A DNA stretch of 64,000 bases, from contig JABWCQ010000004.1 of assembly GCA_013360195.1 (NCBI GenBank), positions 43,836 through 107,835 on the forward strand. The letters run 5' to 3'. The stretch is from a bacterium. GTDB taxonomy: Bacteria > Electryoneota > RPQS01. Shown one piece after another: positions 21,580 through 30,768 of this stretch (positions are counted from its first letter, which is position 1; the number at the start of each line of letters is the position of its first letter). The notes below the pieces were generated by a model that was not told where the DNA came from, did no database searches, and saw only the letters and a list, made by a program, of their open reading frames with translations. Made by a program: the position numbers and the translations under genes.

Positions 21580-23604
21580 TTATTGTAGTCGAACAGGTAG
21601 AACAACAAATTGCAGCCCGTGGAACATCAGCCGGCGCTGCAGTGTCATAGGTGTCTCGTTGTGCAGGAAACGCGTCCAGAAGGTGTCCTTCCAGAACAGG
21701 AGTTTTGCCGCGAAGAAAACACTGTTGGGAAACTCTTCGTGAATTTGCAGGCAAAGCCTTTCAATTTCCGCCATATAATCCAGCTCGCAGCTCGTGCGCG
21801 CTTCCGCCTTCAGGCCGTAGGATCGCGCAAGCATGACGTATTTCTCGGTTTCCTTCTGCACCTCTTCCTGCAGCGAATGCAGTTCGCTCACGCCCTTGAA
21901 TCTGCCGGAATCAATTGCGCCGACCGATACAAAGATAAACTGCTTGAACCGGCCTCCAAACAGCCTTTGCGTCGACAGCAGGAGGTGGATTCCCTGACCG
22001 CTGAATCTCTGCACGAGAACCACTGCGGTCGGTTCACTTGGCTTAAGCGGCTCGGACTTCACTGCGGCATCACCGAGCGACAACGTGCCCAGAATGTCGT
22101 CCAGTTCTTTCACCTTCGTCTCGACCTGACGGTAATGATTCCGAATCTTGAGGCACAACAATAGGAAGAGTCCGGTCAGTAATACGACTAGCCAACCTCC
22201 CTTTGAGAACTTAATGACAACCATGATTCCCAAAAGTACAACACTGACCGTTAACCCCGCACCGCTGACAAGAAAGTGTTTCCGCCAAGTCGGATCGCTC
22301 TTGCGCTTTTGGTACCACAGTTTCGACATGCCGAGAAGCGCAAGTGAGAAGCAAAGAAATACGTCGATGGCGTAAAGTGCGACCAGAATCGTCGTGTCAC
22401 CACGTGCGAACAAGATGAATCCAATCGCGGCGGCGCCCATCAGCACAATACCGTTTTGCGTAACCAGTCGCTCCGACAAGTGGCCGAAACGGTGCGGAAC
22501 CCACGAGTCTTCCGCCATACTTGCCAGCACCCGCGGGCCGCCGATGAAACCCGTCTGAGCTGCAATGAAGAGTAGTAATGCCGCAGATATCAGCATGATG
22601 CTGATCAAAGCACCGCCGGCGTCGAAGCCTCCGACTTGCCAGCCTTCGGTTATCTGTGAGAACAACGATGCATTAAGTGTCTTGCCCTCAGTATGCTGCG
22701 TGTCAAACAGGAAGAAGTTCAGGAGAAGCATCACCGAAAGGAAAGCCAAGGACAATCCCATGTAGAACATGGTACGCTTGCCCGTTCGGACACGAGGCTC
22801 TTTAAGTGTTTGCATTCCGTTCGCGACGGCTTCAATACCGGTCAACGTGCCGGCTCCCATTGAAAATGCATGCAGAAGCGCGGCAATGATAACCCACCAG
22901 CCATCCTGGGAAATCATTTCAGAAGCAAGGTTTAGATTCTCGGCGGATCGCTCCGAAAAATCCGGCAAGTGGGAAATGAGACCGTAAGTAACAAGACCGA
23001 CATGAGTAATGACAAACACGAGGAAGATCGGAAGCAGCACCAGGATGGACTCTTTCAGGCCACGCAAGTTAAGCGTAATCAAAAAGACAACCGCTCCTAT
23101 GGCAACCCAAGTTCTGAGGTAGTCGAATTGCGGTGGAACCATGCTGAATACCGCATCAACTCCAGAAACAATCGATACTGCAATGGTTAGCACATAGTCG
23201 ATGACCAGTGCCGTGCCTGCCAATGCGCCGAGTTTGGGTGACAGCAACTTCGAAGCAACCAAATAGCCACCACCGCCGTTAGGAAACTCCTCGATCACTT
23301 GCACGTAAGCTGCCGAAATAATCAGAATTGTTACGGCAATCATCAAGGCCAAAATCGGTGCAAGGAACGTTGCCCCGTGGAGCGCCAGAAAGGCCTCCTC
23401 AGGACCATAGTTTGCCGATGAGATTCCGTCGGCCCCCAGACCAACCCACGCGAAAAACGCAACCAGCGAAATATTGTGAAAGACAGCCGGATCAAAGGGA
23501 TTCAATCGCCTGCCTAATAGGGCACGCTGAATCCTTCTGAAGAAAGACAGCTTGTCGTCCTCCGGTTCAGGTTGCTGAGTCGGTGTGGTCGTGGGGCGAA
23601 CCAT
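21580..23604 (-). CDS. APC-superfamily transporter, KimA/YdaO-like
   Basis: [40 protein letters not shown]; about 12 TM helices plus cytoplasmic C-terminal domain. Confidence 0.82.
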   Translation of the reverse strand: MVRPTTTPTQQPEPEDDKLSFFRRIQRALLGRRLNPFDPAVFHNISLVAFFAWVGLGADGISSANYGPEEAFLALHGATFLAPILALMIAVTILIISAAYVQVIEEFPNGGGGYLVASKLLSPKLGALAGTALVIDYVLTIAVSIVSGVDAVFSMVPPQFDYLRTWVAIGAVVFLITLNLRGLKESILVLLPIFLVFVITHVGLVTYGLISHLPDFSERSAENLNLASEMISQDGWWVIIAALLHAFSMGAGTLTGIEAVANGMQTLKEPRVRTGKRTMFYMGLSLAFLSVMLLLNFFLFDTQHTEGKTLNASLFSQITEGWQVGGFDAGGALISIMLISAALLLFIAAQTGFIGGPRVLASMAEDSWVPHRFGHLSERLVTQNGIVLMGAAAIGFILFARGDTTILVALYAIDVFLCFSLALLGMSKLWYQKRKSDPTWRKHFLVSGAGLTVSVVLLGIMVVIKFSKGGWLVVLLTGLFLLLCLKIRNHYRQVETKVKELDDILGTLSLGDAAVKSEPLKPSEPTAVVLVQRFSGQGIHLLLSTQRLFGGRFKQFIFVSVGAIDSGRFKGVSELHSLQEEVQKETEKYVMLARSYGLKAEARTSCELDYMAEIERLCLQIHEEFPNSVFFAAKLLFWKDTFWTRFLHNETPMTLQRRLMFHGLQFVVLPVRLQ

Positions 23605-23607
23605 CAC

Positions 23608-24681
23608 TTAAGCCTTGGGTGCGCCTTCCGGATAGAAAACGACCTTCAGTCCTTCCCCCGCTAACTTTGTTTGAAAGCCTTTCTCACAGTCTGACAGCGC
23701 AAGCTTATGCGTGACCAGCCGCTTGGCCGTCTTCAAGAACTCCCCTTGAAGCAGCGCCAGCATATCGGCCCACGTATTGAAAATTCTTCGCCCGAAAATA
23801 CTGTGAATCGTGATTCCCTTCATGACCACGTCACCTGAGAAGTTCACCGACAACTCACCCGACGGCAAGCCCAGAAGGACGAAATCACCGCCCATGCGTA
23901 ACGACTTGAACGCATCCGCATATGCCGAAGGGGCGCCCGACATTTCAAGGACAACGTCAAGTCCGCGCTTTGCAGAATCTGATGCGGCAACTTTCAGGAA
24001 CTCCTGATGCTGCTTTTCGTCCTTGACGTTAAAAACCTCGTCCGCACCTTCCTCTTTGGCAACCTTCAAAACATAATCCGAAATGTCCGTCACATAGATC
24101 TTCTTTGCGCCCATGATGCGGCACAGAGCCACGGCAAGAATTCCGAGCGGCCCTGCGCCCAGAACCGCGACATCCTTACCGACTACATCCGCTGTGCGTG
24201 CAGTGTAAACCGAATTGCCAATGGCATCGAGATAGGCCGCAACTTCAACGGCCAGATTATTGGGAAGCGGTACAATTGAGGTGGCAGGCAATTTCACATA
24301 GTCTGCAAATGCGCCCGGCTTGTCGATACCGCCGACGGATTGCGTCAGGCACCAATGGCCGTTGCCCGTCCGGCAATTATAGCATTGACCGCATGTCCAG
24401 TGCATTTCAGCTGAAACAAACATGCCGCGTTGCAGTCCTTCGACTCCATGACCGAAGTCTTCGATAACACCGCAGAATTCGTGGCCGATGGTCATGGGAA
24501 CGACCTTGCCCATTCGCGACATTAAAGATGGTTTGGCGGAATAAATATGAACATCAGTACCGCAAATGCCGGCAGCTTTAACTTTAACGATGACATCGTG
24601 TGGGGTCGTGATTTCCGGCTTGGCAACATCCGTCAGGTAACTCAGGCCGGGGGTTGTATTACTTTTCTGAATGGCTTGCAT
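23608..24681 (-). CDS. tdh: L-threonine 3-dehydrogenase (Zn-dependent MDR family)
   Basis: GICGTDVHIY, GHEF, CGQCYNCRTGNGHWC, GAGPLG, LEMSG, IFGRRIF.TW; same operon as kbl. Confidence 0.88.
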   Translation of the reverse strand: MQAIQKSNTTPGLSYLTDVAKPEITTPHDVIVKVKAAGICGTDVHIYSAKPSLMSRMGKVVPMTIGHEFCGVIEDFGHGVEGLQRGMFVSAEMHWTCGQCYNCRTGNGHWCLTQSVGGIDKPGAFADYVKLPATSIVPLPNNLAVEVAAYLDAIGNSVYTARTADVVGKDVAVLGAGPLGILAVALCRIMGAKKIYVTDISDYVLKVAKEEGADEVFNVKDEKQHQEFLKVAASDSAKRGLDVVLEMSGAPSAYADAFKSLRMGGDFVLLGLPSGELSVNFSGDVVMKGITIHSIFGRRIFNTWADMLALLQGEFLKTAKRLVTHKLALSDCEKGFQTKLAGEGLKVVFYPEGAPKA

Positions 24682-24932
24682 GATTAATGTGGGTTCTAGA
24701 TAGGAGATGATGAGGAGGCAAACCGATAAGTCTTGAAAATACTTAAACACTATGAATAAATCAATGAGGAAGTTTTGAGCTTACTTGGCCTAAATTATGA
24801 ATTAAAATGAACTTGCCGCTTATGTGCAATTTGACCACTTTCTAAACATGGTGCAGCACAATTAAAGGGAAGAGGATGTCTCGCCGATAACCCAAACGGT
24901 AATAAGCGTTTCAGAAACCGGGTGAGCCACTA

Positions 24933-25373
24933 ATGAACCTGGATCAATTTTCCTGTCCGAACCCCACTTGCCCGGATTCCGGCAAGTCAAATGGGGGGAA
25001 TATTAATCTCTATACCCGCTACGGCCGCAAGCAAGTTCGCTTGCTGATTTGCAAGACCTGCGGGAAGACTTTCAGCGAATTGAAGGGAACTCCGTTTTGG
25101 GATTCCCGTCTCGATTGGGATACCATTGAGAAGATATATCGCAGCCTCTTGACGGGTCAGGGCATCCGCGCTACGGCGCGTGATTTCAACCTGTCCAAGA
25201 ACACCGTCAAGCGCTACCTGCGGTTGGCGAACAAGGACTACGGCACCGTCTTGAACTTCCTGCAGGACAGAGGCGTCATTTCCAACGGAGATGCACAGCT
25301 GCGAGAACTGCTGGCCCAGTTTTCAAGCCGTCGGCAGGTTCGCGAGCGTTCCACGGGCGTAGCCGCAATGTAG
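24933..25373 (+). CDS. IS1-family InsA-like Zn-ribbon + HTH protein, no intact DDE domain
   Basis: CPNPTC...CKTCGKTFSELKGTPF and GIRATARDFNLSKNTVKRYL match the N-terminus of IS1-type transposases; ends at 146 aa. Confidence 0.7.
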   Translation: MNLDQFSCPNPTCPDSGKSNGGNINLYTRYGRKQVRLLICKTCGKTFSELKGTPFWDSRLDWDTIEKIYRSLLTGQGIRATARDFNLSKNTVKRYLRLANKDYGTVLNFLQDRGVISNGDAQLRELLAQFSSRRQVRERSTGVAAM

Positions 25374-25402
25374 GCAGCGCAGAGGGCAAATCTTGAGGGC
25401 AC

Positions 25403-25430
25403 AAGAGCCTGCCGGTAGGCAGGCTCTTCT
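25403..25430 (+). terminator. Hairpin downstream of the IS1-like gene
   Basis: aagagcctgcc-ggta-ggcaggctctt. Confidence 0.55.
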
Positions 25431-25437
25431 CATGTAG

Positions 25438-25466
25438 TTGCATTTCCCACCAAACTCCGTTACATT
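25438..25466 (+). promoter_or_regulatory. Sigma-70-type promoter of tRNA-Pro
   Basis: TTGCAT-17 nt-TACATT followed by a GC-rich discriminator. Confidence 0.6.
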
Positions 25467-25483
25467 GCGGGTTCCTTCGACCT

Positions 25484-25557
25484 CGGGGCGTAGCGCAGTC
25501 CGGTAGCGCATCTGCTTTGGGAGCAGAGGGTCGCTGGTTCGAATCCAGTCGCCCCGA
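25484..25557 (+). tRNA. tRNA-Pro (anticodon TGG), CCA not encoded
   Basis: Acceptor stem cggggcg/cgccccg, D arm gcgcagtccggtagcgc, anticodon arm tctgc-ttTGGga-gcaga, T arm ctggTTCGAATccag. Confidence 0.97.
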
Positions 25558-25562
25558 CTATA

Positions 25563-25590
25563 AAAAACAGGTGTTTCCGCACCTGTTTTT
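25563..25590 (+). terminator. Terminator after tRNA-Pro
   Basis: aaaaacaggtg-tttccg-cacctgttttt. Confidence 0.75.
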
Positions 25591-25764
25591 CGGTTTTGGC
25601 TCTTTGCCTGCGCCGCACCAAATCGCCGGGCGGGGATCGCTTCGTTTCGCCGAGCGGGGATTTAGCGTAGCGGTTCCCCGCCGGAATCCGCGATTCTGAC
25701 AAAAAACTGGCATCTAAAACTTTTCCTCCCTAACTTACTCCCCAACAACCTCGGAGCCACACCC

Positions 25765-25884
25765 ATGACGCGAATTCTTTCTGCATTCAATCTTTTGAAG
25801 CGGGTGGGGTTCGCGCTTTTGTTGTTGGGGGGAGTCGTATTGGTGCAGGCGCAGCCGCCGGATACGCTGTGGACGCGGCGGTAA
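25765..25884 (+). pseudogene. Truncated secreted-protein gene remnant (39 aa)
   Basis: ggag RBS, MTRILSAFNLLKRVGFALLLLGGVVLVQA|QPPDTLWTRR-stop: complete signal peptide plus only 10 mature residues. Confidence 0.55.
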
Positions 25885-25903
25885 TTTCAAAGCGAGGAGC
25901 AAT

Positions 25904-26797
25904 ATGTACGCAAAAGTCATTGCGATTGTGTTAATGGCCACAAGTCTTGCTCATTCAGTTGAACATCGACTATTGATTGACATAGGAGGGCTTGGTGGTT
26001 ATGACTGTGATTCAACCGAGGCAGATCTCTCCAATACTAAGATACGAAATCTGGTTACTGGATCGGTTTCACAATTCGTGCTTATGGTTCGGGGACATGG
26101 CAGTGCCGGAAACAATGTGGAGTACGTTGGGGCAGAAACTGAAGTTCCAAAGGGCTTAACTCTGGAGATCGGCTATTGGGATGAGACCAGCAGGACATGC
26201 TTATATAGTCCTAATTTGGCGACCCTGTTTCGGTTCCATATTGTCAATACAACTCAGAAGATGTACTATGACAGCGTTTGGCGTGTAACTGGTGAACTGC
26301 CACCAGACTACTTACTGAAACCGGAACTCCACATGAGCTTCGAGGTTCCACAGGAACTTGTCAGTCAAACAATCTGCGTGACTGCGACTTGGATCGACCC
26401 AAGATGGGGAAGCCTTAGAAGCATGCCAGTTGGGATTGGGAGAGCTGTACCACAACCCATGCTGATTCATGTCACAGCACCCTGTTCACCGTCCGACATA
26501 CAAAGAGCAAAAGAATCCTATCTCTTTGATTCATTCATTACTGGCAATAGTGCGGAAACACTCTCACGCGCAGAGGAGTTGATTGCAAATGGTGATACTT
26601 CTGCAAGTGTATTTGTTTATTGTTTGGGTGCAGCAAAATCTCAGGGGATGTATGAAAGGGCTATTGCGTATTTGGATAGATGCTTCTCCTCCTATGGCCT
26701 TGTACCTTCCGTGACTGGTGTTTCATCAGATAGTGCGGTGTATTTGCGGCAAAGACAGAGCTTGGAAGAGCTGGAGTCGAAAGCTGACAAGAATTAG
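25904..26797 (+). CDS. Hypothetical secreted protein
   Basis: gaggag RBS, signal peptide MYAKVIAIVLMATSLAHS, C-terminal TPR-like helices; visibly more AT-rich codons than neighbours. Confidence 0.7.
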   Translation: MYAKVIAIVLMATSLAHSVEHRLLIDIGGLGGYDCDSTEADLSNTKIRNLVTGSVSQFVLMVRGHGSAGNNVEYVGAETEVPKGLTLEIGYWDETSRTCLYSPNLATLFRFHIVNTTQKMYYDSVWRVTGELPPDYLLKPELHMSFEVPQELVSQTICVTATWIDPRWGSLRSMPVGIGRAVPQPMLIHVTAPCSPSDIQRAKESYLFDSFITGNSAETLSRAEELIANGDTSASVFVYCLGAAKSQGMYERAIAYLDRCFSSYGLVPSVTGVSSDSAVYLRQRQSLEELESKADKN

Positions 26798-26944
26798 AAA
26801 TTTTGACTTACGAGAGAGGTTTCCCCGCGGCGCCCCCGCTGCGGCGCCCCAATCCATCCCTTCTTCGCCTCCCCAATCCCCTGAAATATCCCCAACTCCC
26901 AATTTATCAATCTCTTCCTAAGTTCAATATTTTGAAAATTTCTC

Positions 26945-26973
26945 TTGACCATATGTTCAAAATGTCGTAAATT
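26945..26973 (+). promoter_or_regulatory. Sigma-70-type promoter
   Basis: TTGACC-17 nt-TAAATT with AT-rich upstream sequence. Confidence 0.55.
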
Positions 26974-27274
26974 AGGGGTTGAATCGTTTTAACCGGTTAC
27001 GTCTGCATCTGAATTCCGGGCTAAGGGCGATGAGTGACTATCTGAAGCACTCAAAAAGGAATAGACTGAAAAGCTGACAACAACAGTCTGTAATATCTTT
27101 TTAATGAATACGCCTCTCGATGTCTGCCTCTCTTTTTGGAAAAGCCCAAAAACCGAGAAAAATATCATTCTCCTCTCGATGCATAATATGCACCTTTTGC
27201 ACACTTTGCACACCAATTGAGAAGGGGCAGGGTTGATTTTACTGAGCTTAAGTTTCAAAAATTAAACCTCAAAA

Positions 27275-27290
27275 GGGCTTGAAAATTGCC
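27275..27290 (+). promoter_or_regulatory. Candidate sigma-54 (-24/-12) promoter upstream of pilin
   Basis: gGGcttgaaaaTTGC: GG at 27276-7, 10-nt spacer, GC at 27288-9. Confidence 0.4.
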
Positions 27291-27463
27291 GTAAGTTATT
27301 GAGTTGCAAGGAACCTGAGTTTTTTGACGAGCCTCTGAGGACTTGATAATTTCGCGCTCTCATCGTAAGTTGAGTGCTACTAAGTTCATGGAGGACCGTG
27401 CAAGGCATGCGACACGAGCACGGGCAATCTGCAACGGTAAGCCATATGTATGGAGGAAGTATC

Positions 27464-27895
27464 ATGTTGAACCGACTCATCCGTCGGCGCAAGAACCAAA
27501 AGGGTTTTACCCTTATCGAAATCTTGATCGTGGTGGTCATCGTGGCCATTCTCGCGGCGATTTCGGTGCCAATCTATCTTGAATACGTCGAAAGCGCCCG
27601 TGCCAGCGATGCCAAGACGGCCATCAGCTCAATCTGGCAGGCAGCTCAGATCTATTATCAGGACCGCGGCGAATACCCCGGTACGGTGGAAGATCTGCAG
27701 GACTCCAAGTATGTAAAACTCTCTGAGTCTACAATGCTGCAATGGACCTTCTCGTTTACAGGCAATCCGCCGGACGAGATTATCGCCACTTCGACAGACC
27801 AGATGCGAGGCGGCGCCGGCAAGGAAGTCAAGTACATTGTGAAGGAAGGCAAGTGGTTTGGCTACGGCCTGCCTGAGCCGGACGAAAGCGAGTAA
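27464..27895 (+). CDS. pilA: Type IV major pilin
   Basis: ggagga RBS; basic leader MLNRLIRRRKNQKG|FTLIEILIVVVIVAILAAISVP. Confidence 0.9.
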   Translation: MLNRLIRRRKNQKGFTLIEILIVVVIVAILAAISVPIYLEYVESARASDAKTAISSIWQAAQIYYQDRGEYPGTVEDLQDSKYVKLSESTMLQWTFSFTGNPPDEIIATSTDQMRGGAGKEVKYIVKEGKWFGYGLPEPDESE

Positions 27896-27906
27896 GATAT
27901 CTAATG

Positions 27907-27940
27907 GTGCGGAGCGGAGTGTTTCCGCTCCGCACTTGTT
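27907..27940 (+). terminator. Strong hairpin after pilin (stabiliser or partial terminator)
   Basis: gtgcggagcgga-gtgtt-tccgctccgcac then ttgtt. Confidence 0.65.
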
Positions 27941-28002
27941 CGATTCAGCGCAGCTTTTGGGGTAGAATTGGTATAAGGGTTCAGGAAGCGAGGTAAGGAC
28001 AC

Positions 28003-29082
28003 GTGGCAGTAGCAACGGCAACACATATTAACATCTTTGAGCTGCTTCGGTTTGCCGTAGACCAGGGCGCATCGGACTTGCATCTTTCGAGTGAGTCCAT
28101 TCCGATGATTCGAGTGCACGGCCGCATGCGCAAGCTGAACCTGCCGAAAATGGCGCACGCCACTCTGGAGAATATCGTCCAGCAAGTCCTGACACGCGAG
28201 CAGCTCGAGCGCTTCCTCGAAATGAAGGAAATCGACTTCTCGGCCAAGCTCGAGGATATCGCCCGCTTTCGTGTCAACGTGTTCCAGCAAATCAACGGCT
28301 ATGGTGCCGTGTTCCGTACGATTCCGTCGGAAATTCGCTCTTTTGAAGAGTTGGGTCTGCCCGAAGTCATGCGCGACTTGGCCGACCGCGATCGCGGTCT
28401 GGTGTTGTTGACCGGTCCCACGGGTTCCGGCAAGACCACCACCTTGGCGACCATGGTGGACTGGATTAATGAGTATAAAGAACTTCATATCATCACGATC
28501 GAAGACCCGGTCGAGTTCTTCCACGATTCGAAGAACTGTATGATGAACCAGCGCGAGCTGGGGGCGAATACACATAGTTTCGCCAACGCATTGCGTGCCG
28601 CACTTCGCGAAGACCCGGACGTGATTCTGGTCGGCGAAATGCGCGACTTGGAAACGATATCGCTGGCTTTGACTGCCGCAGAAACGGGTCACTTGGTGTT
28701 TGCGACATTGCATACGTCCAGTGCTGCCAAGACCATCGACCGTATTATTGATATTTTCCCCGCCGCCCAAAAGACTCAGGTTCGCTCGATGCTTGCCGAG
28801 TCGCTGGAAGCGGTGGTGGCACAAAAACTGCTTCCTAAAAAGGATGGGACGGGCCGGGTGGTTGCCTCCGAAATCATGGTGGCGACGACTGCGGTTCGAA
28901 ATCTGATTCGCGAAGATAAGATTTATCAAATACCTTCCGTAATCCAATCGGGCGGAAAATCCGGTATGCAGAGCCTTGATCAGGACTTGATGCGATTGAT
29001 GCACAAGGGTCTGATCAGCCGTGAAACGGCAGCTCATGTGGCTGAGAATTCCAAGTTGTTCGAGGTTAATCTCTCGGAGTAA
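28003..29082 (+). CDS. pilT: Type IV pilus retraction ATPase
   Basis: ASDLHL, GPTGSGKTTT, TIEDPVE, LREDPDVILVGEMRD, AETGHLVFATLH, AVRNLIRE. Confidence 0.95.
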   Translation: MAVATATHINIFELLRFAVDQGASDLHLSSESIPMIRVHGRMRKLNLPKMAHATLENIVQQVLTREQLERFLEMKEIDFSAKLEDIARFRVNVFQQINGYGAVFRTIPSEIRSFEELGLPEVMRDLADRDRGLVLLTGPTGSGKTTTLATMVDWINEYKELHIITIEDPVEFFHDSKNCMMNQRELGANTHSFANALRAALREDPDVILVGEMRDLETISLALTAAETGHLVFATLHTSSAAKTIDRIIDIFPAAQKTQVRSMLAESLEAVVAQKLLPKKDGTGRVVASEIMVATTAVRNLIREDKIYQIPSVIQSGGKSGMQSLDQDLMRLMHKGLISRETAAHVAENSKLFEVNLSE

Positions 29083-29131
29083 TTCCGGGGGGTGGGCCTT
29101 GGACCACTGGAATCAATCAATGAGGCCGAAA

Positions 29132-29650
29132 ATGAGCAAACGCATTCGCAAACTGGAGCGTGGTGCCGCCGATCTGGTGACGATAGCCGTCGGAATGACG
29201 ATTGTCGCCATTGCCGCGATTGGGACCTCTTACTCCCTCCTGTACGGGCGGCAAGCCCTAATTCACCAGGAACATTACAAAGTTGCCCTCTATAAGCTGC
29301 GAGGCTTTATGGAGGAGCAGACGGCTCGTATCCGTTTTACCGGGTCGTCAACGGCCAGCTACCGCAACGACCTTGCCTGGGTGATTACCCCGCAAGAAGA
29401 CGAAGTGGATTTGGACACGCGCACTGACCGCGATGGTCAGGCTGTGCGGACCATTGCCACTCTCAGGCGTGGACCGTTTGAGTTGGTGGATAACGTTCTG
29501 ACCAGCATGAGCCCCGATTACTATCGAGTCGTGTGCACGGCGACTTGGGAGGAACCCATTATCGCCGGAGACGAATTCGGCGATCAACGGGATCGCGTCG
29601 GACCGGAGCGCACCATTACCTTGCAATCAACATTTGTCATACCCGGCTAA
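29132..29650 (+). CDS. Minor pilin-like protein (PilV position), atypical N-terminus
   Basis: Basic leader MSKRIRKLERG|AADLVTIAVGMTIVAIAAIG hydrophobic helix; no Glu+5. Confidence 0.6.
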   Translation: MSKRIRKLERGAADLVTIAVGMTIVAIAAIGTSYSLLYGRQALIHQEHYKVALYKLRGFMEEQTARIRFTGSSTASYRNDLAWVITPQEDEVDLDTRTDRDGQAVRTIATLRRGPFELVDNVLTSMSPDYYRVVCTATWEEPIIAGDEFGDQRDRVGPERTITLQSTFVIPG

Positions 29651-29660
29651 GGAGGAAAAG

Positions 29661-30503
29661 ATGAGTAAGATCAATCAAGTCCTCCGGAAGGCAGGACTCG
29701 ACAATTTCAGACGCGCAGCGGGTTTCACCCTCGCGTCGCAGGCGGTATCCGTGTTTGTCGCCGCCACTGTGCTATTAGGTGGTTGGGCAGCCTACCGTGA
29801 CTTTTCCATGCAGTGGCGTGTGTCCAATGCCGAGCGGCAGATGGACCAATACGCTCAGACGGCCATGACGGAAATGGTCAACTTGCTGCAATGGTCGCTC
29901 GGCGGCTATCAGATTACCAGCGGCCGCAATCCCCGCTGGCGCATTGCCATCGGTGAGCAGGTCAATGAAAACGGCGGATTAAACAGCATTGACCGGGCGG
30001 GCGGACATTTTCCGTACATCACGGACAATTACTTCACCACCGGTCAGTTTGTCAACGACCACAAGACTTACGGTGGTTTTGTGACATTAAGCCACAATAT
30101 TGACCGCGGTATCCTGATTAACGAGCGTGAGCCCTATTGGGCCGGTTCTGCCGCGGATCAATGGGTCTGGTCGGCAAGGCAGGCGCGCAATGCCCGCACA
30201 GAGCTTTCAGCGTTTGACCAGCGCGACCGTATGCGGGTGACGGAGTTTTCCATTGACTATCCGCTCTTGAATGACCCGCGCGCGACTTACGAAGCTAACC
30301 CTTTGGAATTCACCCGTTCGACGATTCGCATCAAGATGGTCATGCAATATCGCTATCGTTCGTCGGACTCGATTGGCCTGTTTGGTGACGACTACATTCG
30401 CGAGCGCGTTTACGAAACTTCGATCAGCCCCTTGAATTGGGGCAGTGCGATTTCCGATAATCGCTTCTACAAAGAGTTTGTCTTGACCGGAGCGACGGGC
30501 TAA
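29661..30503 (+). CDS. Minor pilin-like protein (PilW position)
   Basis: aggagg RBS; ...RRAAG|FTLASQAVSVFVAATVLLGGW; Ser at +5. Confidence 0.65.
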   Translation: MSKINQVLRKAGLDNFRRAAGFTLASQAVSVFVAATVLLGGWAAYRDFSMQWRVSNAERQMDQYAQTAMTEMVNLLQWSLGGYQITSGRNPRWRIAIGEQVNENGGLNSIDRAGGHFPYITDNYFTTGQFVNDHKTYGGFVTLSHNIDRGILINEREPYWAGSAADQWVWSARQARNARTELSAFDQRDRMRVTEFSIDYPLLNDPRATYEANPLEFTRSTIRIKMVMQYRYRSSDSIGLFGDDYIRERVYETSISPLNWGSAISDNRFYKEFVLTGATG

Positions 30504-30597
30504 CCGTCGCCGTCCGGCCAGCGATCTTTACAAATCAGAGACTTTCCGGAGCAGCGTCGCACCGACATCGTGCGGTGCGACGCCTCCGGTATGCATA

Positions 30598-30758
30598 CTG
30601 TTGAAATCGCTTCATGGATTGATTGTTCCAGTGGCGGATGGTTTGACAGCGGCATGAGTTTTTGCTTTCTGGCTTCGCGAGAAACCAGAGAGCGGGAGCT
30701 TTGCCAATTGGCTGTCGGGCTTTCCGAAAGACGATTAAGTCCATCACAGATTCAACAG
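30598..30758 (+). ncRNA. Candidate structured RNA (G.U-rich rod) in the leader of the pilX-like gene
   Basis: Four stacked helices paired by hand (about 60 bp, about 14 G.U pairs) capped by ttc-GCGA-gaa. Confidence 0.55.
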
Positions 30759-30768
30759 GGAACGGATC

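Noticed and set aside
21566..21754. ORF-track N-terminal extension of kbl
   Set aside because: Overlaps the transporter 3' end; Kbl homology begins at MYNGFKEFL (ATG 21565)
24898..25430. Intact IS1 element (ggtaat at 24898 resembles an IS1 end)
   Set aside because: No matching right inverted repeat, target duplication or DDE domain found
25484..27400. Prophage or integrative element at tRNA-Pro
   Set aside because: No integrase, and no duplicated tRNA 3' end (att site) seen in the window
26975..27460. c-di-GMP riboswitch upstream of pilin
   Set aside because: Only a fragmentary resemblance (ccgggctaagg); the GGCAAA/GAAA/GACGCAAA elements of class I and the class II core were not found
27901..29037. 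378-aa antisense ORF over pilT
   Set aside because: Shadow frame of a highly conserved gene; no motifs of its own
30598..30758. 6S RNA or SRP RNA identity for the rod
   Set aside because: No large central bubble as in 6S, no SRP domain IV motif, and it lies inside a pilus operon; kept as an unassigned structured RNA
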